Under the pieces are notes generated by a model that was not told the DNA's origin, did no database searches, and saw only the letters and a program-made list of their open reading frames with translations. A stretch of 64,000 nt of DNA from Bacteroidales bacterium (GTDB lineage Bacteria; Bacteroidota; Bacteroidia; Bacteroidales; GCA-2711565), in assembly GCA_028280405.1 (NCBI GenBank), contig JANQLW010000016.1, positions 11,119 to 75,118 on the forward strand. The letters are read 5' to 3'. This document shows positions 29,509-36,734 of this stretch, piece by piece. The position numbers and the translations under genes are program-made. Numbering within the stretch: position 1 is the stretch's first letter; each line of letters opens with the position of its first letter.

Positions 29509-30305
29509 GAAAACTCTTTTAACTGCTTTGAGGGAATATTATACATCCATGCAGCCATTAAAGAAAGGTTATTTATGGTATAAATAATGGGAATGTAAAA
29601 ACTCAAATTTTGGTAAATAAACCTGGTTTCGCTGCTTAATACTCTCCGGTTTCTTGTTACTACCCTGTTTCCTCTCCTTATTTGCCGGGGAATGATATCC
29701 AAAATTATAAAATCATTGGTTCCAAAACTTGTCATGATAGTAGGTGAAAACAATAAATTATCAGTTTTCGAAAAGATGGGTTCAATATTAAGGTTGAGGC
29801 TTGCATTAAAATCTAAAAAATAATTATTACTTTCTCCGAATAAAACTGCATGGTCAATATAAAATGAAGCAGGGCCAATATCAACACCTGTCGATAAATC
29901 TATTTTATGCTGATAATCGATGCCGGCATACAGGGTATCTCCCTTAAATTGGTGCCAGCTATAAGATAAATCTATGTCAAGCTTCTCATTAAAAATATAT
30001 TTTTGAAATCCCAAACTTAACTCTGTTTCATAGGTATGATAATCAGCATCAATATAATTGGTATAAGCAAAAGAAGACCAAATTCCGGATTTACTGTAGA
30101 AATATAGATCTCCTATAACAGAAGGCATTTTTATATCCAGTAAATTTTTATTATCTGTATTATTGGATGTATAACTGACACCTACCATTAGCAGATGAGT
30201 TTCTTCATCATTACTTGTTGAATCTGTAGTATATATAACATTATTTCCAGCAGAGTAAGCCAAGATACTCGTGAAAACAAAAATAAATAAAATCAGTTTT
30301 TTCAC
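29487..30305 (-). CDS. Putative outer-membrane beta-barrel protein (272 aa)
   Basis: It has a signal peptide (MKKLILFIFVFTSILAYSA) and an alternating aromatic/polar strand-like pattern. The last ~16 residues overlap the winged-helix ORF and may be read-through. Confidence 0.55.
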   Translation of the reverse strand: MKKLILFIFVFTSILAYSAGNNVIYTTDSTSNDEETHLLMVGVSYTSNNTDNKNLLDIKMPSVIGDLYFYSKSGIWSSFAYTNYIDADYHTYETELSLGFQKYIFNEKLDIDLSYSWHQFKGDTLYAGIDYQHKIDLSTGVDIGPASFYIDHAVLFGESNNYFLDFNASLNLNIEPIFSKTDNLLFSPTIMTSFGTNDFIILDIIPRQIRRGNRVVTRNRRVLSSETRFIYQNLSFYIPIIYTINNLSLMAAWMYNIPSKQLKEFSWTNQLN

Positions 30306-30317
30306 TATAATATATGT

Positions 30318-30557
30318 CTATCTCTTTCCTTTGTTTCTTAAATTTTTTGCCCGGCGTACTGCTGTTTTCAACTTTTTCTTTTGAGCATTACTTTTTCTTT
30401 TTAATACCTTTTTCTTGGCATTAGGAACCCGCTTGATTTTTTTCTGTTCAGTCCTAGCTTTGGTTTTCTTTTTATCCTGTTGTGGTTCTTCCTGTGCCCA
30501 GACAATATTTCCAAAAAGAAAAAGGATTAAGAAACCGATGATTTGTTTTAATTTCAT
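30318..30557 (-). CDS. Small secreted polycationic protein (79 aa)
   Basis: A signal peptide (MKLKQIIGFLILFLFGNIVWA) is followed by a 58-aa mature part in which I count 26 Lys/Arg. Confidence 0.5.
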   Translation of the reverse strand: MKLKQIIGFLILFLFGNIVWAQEEPQQDKKKTKARTEQKKIKRVPNAKKKVLKRKSNAQKKKLKTAVRRAKNLRNKGKR

Positions 30558-30606
30558 TTTGTTTTATAATGTCATAAATATACTAATTTCTCTGTTTAAT
30601 GTAAAA

Positions 30607-30631
30607 TTCATCCCGATGTCATCGGGATGAA
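30607..30631 (-). terminator. Perfect 11-bp hairpin terminator
   Basis: TTCATCCCGAT-GTC-ATCGGGATGAA lies downstream of the 30704..31696 gene. On the minus strand it is followed by a T-rich stretch. Confidence 0.6.
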
Positions 30632-30703
30632 TTGGGGTTAATTTTTTGTAATAAACTAAGATAAACCAAACCTATAAAAAAATTAACCTGTATATTGAAG
30701 GCG

Positions 30704-31696
30704 CTAATCCGTTTTTTTCTCTCTCTTTTTCTTTCCAAGTTCTATAGTTGTGGTTTCTCCATCTTTAGTTACTTCAGCTAAATTATCACAAGTTCCATCT
30801 CCATAATCAATGGTAGTGGTTTCTCCATTTTTAACCATTTCTACTACACCACTTACTGGGAATCGTGCGCATCCTCTTTCTATAATTCTTAATAAAGGTG
30901 TGATAATTTCACTAGAGTATGTATTCCCATCTGCATCGCTTCCTGAAGAGCTTCCTGTAATTTCAATTTTGTCATCATGTTTTTTTCTGGTATCAGATCC
31001 TTCAATGACAACTCTTGTTCTTGTGGCTTCCCATGTAACAGTTCCTGCATCTTCAGCAAGTGTAATTGTTCCGTCATCATTCATTTCATGAACTCTTTGC
31101 TCCTCTTCATTCATATAGGTTCTTACTGTTTTTGTCCCTTCTACTTTATGGTCATTTACATAGTAATCTTCAAAAGTATAAGTTATATTGGATTCTCCAT
31201 CCCAGTAAAAATTTCCTATACGGGTCATTTTAAATTTTCCACGACGGTATACACCATCTTCACCTAAACAATTTTCTTCACCCCAGTCTATAATCATAAT
31301 CATTGTGTCCCGGGTTTCATTAATTTCTCTTGTAATAGTGGCACAGTCAGAAAGCTTGGCCATGTTTCTTCCTACGAGATTGATAGTATCATAATACCAT
31401 CCTTTCCAGTGCCTGTGTCCTTTTCTCCATTTATTACCGGGAGCATTTTCTGCATCTCCTTCATTAGCATCTGCAGATTTAAAGTTGCCAAGGATATCAT
31501 CTGCATGTTCAATAGCTTCATCACCAATTTCACTGATCTCATCAAAAATATCAGCGGCAAGTGTTTGATCGATTACTGTATTTAAATCTAATTCCTCTTC
31601 TACAAGGGTATTGTCAGATTTGCTACAAGCTGTAATTGTAAAAATTGCAATAAGCATTACAAATAGAGCATTTTTTGTTTTCATAATTGACTTCAT
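30704..31696 (-). CDS. Hypothetical lipoprotein (330 aa)
   Basis: Signal peptide with lipobox-like FTITAC. The mature part is acidic and I recognise no family. Confidence 0.6.
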   Translation of the reverse strand: MKSIMKTKNALFVMLIAIFTITACSKSDNTLVEEELDLNTVIDQTLAADIFDEISEIGDEAIEHADDILGNFKSADANEGDAENAPGNKWRKGHRHWKGWYYDTINLVGRNMAKLSDCATITREINETRDTMIMIIDWGEENCLGEDGVYRRGKFKMTRIGNFYWDGESNITYTFEDYYVNDHKVEGTKTVRTYMNEEEQRVHEMNDDGTITLAEDAGTVTWEATRTRVVIEGSDTRKKHDDKIEITGSSSGSDADGNTYSSEIITPLLRIIERGCARFPVSGVVEMVKNGETTTIDYGDGTCDNLAEVTKDGETTTIELGKKKREKKTD

Positions 31697-31773
31697 GATA
31701 TTGAGTTTATGTTTGTAAAAAGTTTAATTACGATAGCAAACATAAAAGGGAAAAATGAAGCGAAAATGAAGAA

Positions 31774-31809
31774 TAAAAAAATCCCAATCTATTTAGATCG
31801 GGATTTTTT
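31774..31809. terminator. Bidirectional rho-independent terminator
   Basis: An A-run, then AATCCCAATCT-ATTT-AGATCGGGATT, then a T-run: an 11-bp stem with 1 mismatch, located after the 31828..32319 gene. Confidence 0.6.
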
Positions 31810-31827
31810 ATTTCAGAAAGTTTTATA

Positions 31828-32319
31828 TTATTTAAGGTAGATTCCAACTGTTGCAATAACATTTTTAAATTTGGTCTCATATTTTATCTCGCCAAATAAT
31901 GGCCCCAGCTTTGCTCCGGCACCAAATTCAAAACCTGTTCCTGATAAATTATGATCGACATCATTTATCTTTTTGTATCTTTTAGTATGGGCAATACCTG
32001 CTAATCCATAAATTTTTGCTTTTGGAAGGCTAATGAATTTATAGATGAGATCTGCATTTAAAACTAAATGTGAATTTTTTTCTTTAGTAGTAGTACCAAA
32101 GGTGTGAGGAAGATAATAAGAAACTCCACCTAATACACCAAATTTGTGAGCAAAATTCAATACTCCTCTAACATTTGCACCAAAAGCAGCACTTGTTCCG
32201 GTTTCAGTAATTTTCATTTTTGTCCCTGTAGTTAAACCAAAACCGAAGTCAAAATTCTGAGAAAATGCAGTCGTAGTTAAAAAAGCCAAAAGGCAAACTA
32301 AAAAAATGTTCTTTTTCAT
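31828..32319 (-). CDS. Small outer-membrane beta-barrel protein (OmpA-like/porin family 8-strand type)
   Basis: 163 aa with a signal peptide, Gly/aromatic alternating strands and a C-terminal ...VGIYLK. Confidence 0.7.
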   Translation of the reverse strand: MKKNIFLVCLLAFLTTTAFSQNFDFGFGLTTGTKMKITETGTSAAFGANVRGVLNFAHKFGVLGGVSYYLPHTFGTTTKEKNSHLVLNADLIYKFISLPKAKIYGLAGIAHTKRYKKINDVDHNLSGTGFEFGAGAKLGPLFGEIKYETKFKNVIATVGIYLK

Positions 32320-32392
32320 GATGATTCGTTTTATTGATATTGTGTTAGATTAAATTTTATTATGCTTTTATGCTAATATACCTAAATTTATT

Positions 32393-33751
32393 TTAATAGC
32401 TGGGAAGCTCTATCCCGTTTATATTCTTATAAAGATTAATAGCATATTTATCGGTCATGCCGGCAATAAACATCGTAATGTTTAATATGTTTATATAGTC
32501 AGACTGTTTTTTAGTAATATCCAGATCGGTATATTGTTCAGGAAGAATTTTTTTGATCCCTCTGTATTTAGGATGTGTCGGGTTTTTGTATGCTTTAATG
32601 AATAAGTCAAGTAATTCAGGTAAAACCCTGAAGCCTGCAGCCTCAATTTTTAAAACGGATTTGTATTGATAAATTTCTTCTATACTGATTTTTTCAATTT
32701 TTCTGAGTGTTTCCTCTTCCTGTATATGGTCGATGAGGCTATCATGAAATTCACCATTGAAAATTTGCGTTTCATTATTAATGAATATTTGAGATACTTT
32801 GAAAATTAAATGATTAATTACTTTAGCTCTCAAGTAGGCAATTTTGCTTTTCTGATCAAAAATTTTAGCATATTTTTTTTCATTTATTTTCCATACCTCT
32901 TTCAGAATTTCGAGAAACAGACCTTCAATTGTTTCAAATGGTATGATCCCCAGATTGAAGCCATCTTCAAAATCTACAATCCGGTAACAAATATCATCTG
33001 CAGCTTCAACTAAATATGCAAACGGATGACGGTGCCAGACATTTTTACAATCTCTGAATTTTTTCAGGTTCAAAGAATTAGCTATTCGTTCAAATAAATC
33101 CAATTCAGACTGAAATATTCCATATTTTTTCAAAAAGGAAATTCCTGTTTTTTTCAGGTCAGGCAATGAGGGTTTAGGGTATTTAGTGAAAGTAGCATAA
33201 GTAAGATAAGTTAATCCTAGACCTCCTTCAAGCGAGGTTTGTTTAGGTAAACTTTGTGCAAGTAGTCTGAATCCTGCAGCATTCCCTTCAAAATTTTTTA
33301 AATCCTCTAATTGTTCATTGGACAGATCTTTTAGAATAGAATGGCTTTCATTCTCTATAAAAAAACTGGAAATTGCATCTTCTCCTGCATGGCCAAAAGG
33401 CGGGTTTCCAATATCGTGTGCTATACAAGCAGCTCCAACTACAGCTCCGAAATCATGTGGACTGATTTGGAGATGCCTTAATAGATCATGCTTTTTGTAC
33501 ATTTCATTTCCTACGATTGTTCCAAGAGACCTTCCTACTGAACCTGCCTCTAAACTATGTGTCAAGCGGTTTCTTACATAATCCGATTCAGGGAAGGGTA
33601 AAACCTGTGTTTTGTTTTGTAATCTCCTAAATGGTGAGGAAAAAATGATACGATCAAAATCTCTTTGATAGTCGTTTCTTGCAATTCCTGTATTCGATGC
33701 TTTATGTTCTTCTCCTAATCTGGTATTATTGAAAATTTGTTCCCAATTCAT
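32393..33751 (-). CDS. dgt: dGTP triphosphohydrolase-like HD-domain protein
   Basis: 452 aa. FRRLQNKTQV, the RLTHSLE...HDIGNPPFGH HD motif and a family-typical N-terminus. Confidence 0.9.
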   Translation of the reverse strand: MNWEQIFNNTRLGEEHKASNTGIARNDYQRDFDRIIFSSPFRRLQNKTQVLPFPESDYVRNRLTHSLEAGSVGRSLGTIVGNEMYKKHDLLRHLQISPHDFGAVVGAACIAHDIGNPPFGHAGEDAISSFFIENESHSILKDLSNEQLEDLKNFEGNAAGFRLLAQSLPKQTSLEGGLGLTYLTYATFTKYPKPSLPDLKKTGISFLKKYGIFQSELDLFERIANSLNLKKFRDCKNVWHRHPFAYLVEAADDICYRIVDFEDGFNLGIIPFETIEGLFLEILKEVWKINEKKYAKIFDQKSKIAYLRAKVINHLIFKVSQIFINNETQIFNGEFHDSLIDHIQEEETLRKIEKISIEEIYQYKSVLKIEAAGFRVLPELLDLFIKAYKNPTHPKYRGIKKILPEQYTDLDITKKQSDYINILNITMFIAGMTDKYAINLYKNINGIELPSY

Positions 33752-33888
33752 GAATTATTGTTTGCTAAAATAAAGGGTAAACTTACTAAATCATGAGGTA
33801 AAATACTAGCTGTTTATTATCAAGTTAAAAACTCTGCAATTTTGTTTCAGTTACTTTGGTTTCTATAAATCTTTTTGAATAATGAACA

Positions 33889-33907
33889 CCTGCCTGCGGC
33901 AGGCAGG
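33889..33907. repeat. GC-rich palindrome CCTGCCTGC-G-GCAGGCAGG
   Basis: 9-nt arms in an otherwise AT-rich spacer between hypE and dgt. Confidence 0.6.
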
Positions 33908-33938
33908 CCGATTAACGAATTTTGAATAACGACAGCTC

Positions 33939-33985
33939 TAGGGAAGCAATCCTTTCTTCATAGAAATAATAGGATTGCTTCCCTA
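33939..33985 (-). terminator. Strong hairpin downstream of hypE (15-bp perfect stem)
   Basis: TAGGGAAGCAATCCT-(17 nt)-AGGATTGCTTCCCTA lies about 60 nt after the hypE stop. The flanking AGCTC/GAGCT could extend the stem. Confidence 0.55.
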
Positions 33986-34042
33986 ATTCATACATATTAG
34001 AGCTTATTTAGATTGAGTCTGGAGGAGATGTCATCCCTGTTT

Positions 34043-35059
34043 TTAACAAATTCGGGGTAGTTGTTCCCCTGCAAGCATATCAATAATTCGTTTGCCACCA
34101 ATTCCGGTTTCTATCCAGCCTTTCCCATGGTGCTCATCAACTATTTCTCCAATAATAGCAGCCTCTTTCCCTAATTCATTTGAATACATGATGTCAAGTA
34201 CTTTTTGGGCATCTTTTTCAGCAACAACCATCAATACCTTTCCTTCATTCGCAACATAAAGCGGATCGAAGCCCAGTAGTTCACACATACCTCTTACACT
34301 TTCCTTAACCACTAGATTTTCTTCTTTTATTTCCAGTCCGTAGTTTCTTTTATCTACTAATTCTGTTAATACTGTAGCTACACCACCTCTGGTAGCATCT
34401 CTCATGAATTTTACATTAGCACCACTATCAATTATATCTTTAATTAAATGATTTAAACAGGCACAATCAGATTGGATATTGGCTTGAATGTTTAAATCGT
34501 TTCGGGCACTCATAATGGTCATGCCATGATCGCCTATACTTCCGTTTATGATAATCTTGTCTCCAATATTTACTTTTTTTCCGGTACTAATGTGTAAGTT
34601 TTCAGCATCTAAAATTCCAATTCCGGATGTATTTATAAATACCTTATCAGCTTTTCCTTTATCTACGACTTTAGTATCTCCTGTAACAATTAATACATTT
34701 GCTTTTTTAGCTTCTTCTGCCATGGTTTTTACAATTTCTTCAAGGCGCTCCAGTGAGAACCCTTCTTCAATAATAAAACCTACAGAAATATATAAAGGCT
34801 TTGCACCACTTACAGCTAAATCATTTACTGTTCCGGCAATGGCTATTTTACCAATATTTCCTCCGGGGAAAAATATAGGGTCGACTACATAGGAATCGGT
34901 TGTATAAGAAATGTTTGTTGCATTTATTTCCAATAAAGCTGAATCCGTTTGTTTTCTTAAAATAGGATTGTCAAAATGTTTGACGAATATTTTACTAATT
35001 AAATCATGTGATAATTGTCCGCCGGACCCGTGGCCGAGAAGTACTTGTTTTTGTTTCAT
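34043..35059 (-). CDS. hypE: Hydrogenase maturation protein HypE
   Basis: 338 aa with the PurM-like fold and the diagnostic C-terminal ...PRIC. Confidence 0.95.
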   Translation of the reverse strand: MKQKQVLLGHGSGGQLSHDLISKIFVKHFDNPILRKQTDSALLEINATNISYTTDSYVVDPIFFPGGNIGKIAIAGTVNDLAVSGAKPLYISVGFIIEEGFSLERLEEIVKTMAEEAKKANVLIVTGDTKVVDKGKADKVFINTSGIGILDAENLHISTGKKVNIGDKIIINGSIGDHGMTIMSARNDLNIQANIQSDCACLNHLIKDIIDSGANVKFMRDATRGGVATVLTELVDKRNYGLEIKEENLVVKESVRGMCELLGFDPLYVANEGKVLMVVAEKDAQKVLDIMYSNELGKEAAIIGEIVDEHHGKGWIETGIGGKRIIDMLAGEQLPRIC

Positions 35060-35065
35060 TTTTTT

Positions 35066-35156
35066 GTTGCTGGTTACTGGTTACTGGTTGCTGGTTACTG
35101 GTTACTGGTTGCTGGTTGCTAGTTGGAATTAACCAGCAACCAGTAACTAGTAACTG
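35066..35156. repeat. Heptamer tandem array (GTTRCTG x8) followed by 3 inverted heptamers; forms a 24-bp hairpin
   Basis: gttgctg gttactg gttactg gttgctg gttactg gttactg gttgctg gttgcta ... cagcaac cagtaac tagtaac. Positions 35094-35117 pair with 35131-35154 (1 mismatch, 13-nt loop). The array fills the hypD-hypE spacer. Confidence 0.85.
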
Positions 35157-35207
35157 TATTTAATTATGTATTAATTATCTATTATTAGTTGAGGTATCAA
35201 AAATTTA

Positions 35208-36287
35208 CTATCGATTAAATCTGTAATAGGCATTACATGCTCCTTCATGAGAAACCATACATGCACCTACAGGATCATTCGGATTACAGGCTTTTCCAAA
35301 TAGTTTACAATCTTTAGGGTTTTTTAATCCTTTTAATATTTCTCCACAAATACAGCCTTTTTCCTCTTTTGTTTTTTCTACTTCAACAGGAATCATTATC
35401 TCGGCATCGTATGCTTTATATTTATCACGAATCTTCATTCCACTGGCGGGCAATACTCCTAAACCTCTCCACCAGTCGTCACGTAGTTCAAAAACTTCAT
35501 CCAGCATCTTCTGTGCTTTTTTATTCCCTTCAGCTCTAACCACTCTGCTGTATTCAATTTCTACATTATGATCTTCCGACTCTATTTGTTTTACCAACAT
35601 GAATATAGAACGAAGTAAATCGACAGGCTCAAATCCCGAAATAACAACTCCTAAATTATATTTTTCTGGTATATCCTTATATATCCCGGAACCTGTAATG
35701 GTACTAACATGACCAGGAGCAATGTAACCGTCTATTTTTACGCCTTCATCAATAAGTGCCCCCATAGCAGGTGGCATAATTTTATGAGAACTGAATAAGA
35801 AGAAGTTCTTAATTCCTTGGGCATGTGCATTAATTATTCCGACAGCACTGCTTGGTGCTGTTGTTTCAAACCCAATACCAAGGAATATAATTTTCTTATC
35901 AGAATTTTCTTTTGCAATTTTTAATGCATCCAATACGGAATATACAATTCTTACATCGGCCCCATTAGCTTTTTCCACATCTAATGAAGATGTTGACCCT
36001 GGTACTCTGATCAAATCTCCATAGGTTGTGATAATAACATCTGAAAGCCGGCTATAGGCTATTGCCTGATCTATGTATTTTCTGTCAGATACACAAACCG
36101 GACAACCTGGCCCTGAAACTAATTTTATATTATTCGGTAATAAACTTGGAATTCCAAATTTTTGGATAGACATAGTGTGCCCACCACAAACTTCCATCAA
36201 TCGGATTTCTTTTTTTGATATTTTTTTGATTTGTCTGGCTAATTCAAGAACTAACTCTTTGCTTCGGAATTCATCAATATATTTCAT
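35208..36287 (-). CDS. hypD: Hydrogenase maturation protein HypD
   Basis: 359 aa with the motifs MEVCGGHT, GPGCPVCV and the C-terminal Cys cluster. Confidence 0.95.
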   Translation of the reverse strand: MKYIDEFRSKELVLELARQIKKISKKEIRLMEVCGGHTMSIQKFGIPSLLPNNIKLVSGPGCPVCVSDRKYIDQAIAYSRLSDVIITTYGDLIRVPGSTSSLDVEKANGADVRIVYSVLDALKIAKENSDKKIIFLGIGFETTAPSSAVGIINAHAQGIKNFFLFSSHKIMPPAMGALIDEGVKIDGYIAPGHVSTITGSGIYKDIPEKYNLGVVISGFEPVDLLRSIFMLVKQIESEDHNVEIEYSRVVRAEGNKKAQKMLDEVFELRDDWWRGLGVLPASGMKIRDKYKAYDAEIMIPVEVEKTKEEKGCICGEILKGLKNPKDCKLFGKACNPNDPVGACMVSHEGACNAYYRFNR

Positions 36288-36303
36288 AGTTCGATTTTAG
36301 ATT

Positions 36304-36375
36304 CCGTCATGCTGAACTTGTTTCAGCATCTTATTAGTTAGCTACTTAGATGCCGAAACAAGTTCAGCATGACGG
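36304..36375. repeat. Two inverted copies of the REP-like element (27-nt arms, 1 mismatch)
   Basis: CCGTCATGCTGAACTTGTTTCAGCATC-(18 nt)-GATGCCGAAACAAGTTCAGCATGACGG lies in the hypC-hypD spacer. Each arm is itself a hairpin and matches the copy at 2396-2423. Confidence 0.85.
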
Positions 36376-36414
36376 GCTAGCTATTATTTAACGGACTAGT
36401 TAATATTATAAAGT

Positions 36415-36678
36415 TTATACTAATCTTTCTCCACTCTCTTTTTCCTCTTCATCCATTTGTTTATTGAGGCCTTCAAATTCCTCAAATACTTTTAAGGTTT
36501 CCAAAGCCTCTTCTTCACTGATTTTTTGGATAGCAAAGCCTGTATGCAATAGTATATAGTCACCGATGTTCACATCTTCGACCATTTGGAGGCTGGCATT
36601 GTATTGTGTTCCACCTACTGAAACCATTGCCATATCTCCTTCTATCTTTTCTACTTTAGCAGGAATACTTAAACACAT
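36415..36678 (-). CDS. hypC: Hydrogenase assembly chaperone HypC
   Basis: 87 aa with the diagnostic N-terminal MCLSIPAKV. Confidence 0.95.
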   Translation of the reverse strand: MCLSIPAKVEKIEGDMAMVSVGGTQYNASLQMVEDVNIGDYILLHTGFAIQKISEEEALETLKVFEEFEGLNKQMDEEEKESGERLV

Positions 36679-36734
36679 AACTCTATTTTTTATTGATTAT
36701 TTATTATTGAATATTAATAATCGATAATCATTTA

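Noticed and set aside
34911-35132. 73-aa ORF ending ...LLLVTGYWLLVTGYWLLVASWN
   Set aside because: Its 3' half is the translation of the heptamer array, and its 5' half is antisense to hypE.
35066-35156. CRISPR array
   Set aside because: The period is 7 nt with no spacers and no cas genes, so this is a microsatellite-like array and not a CRISPR.
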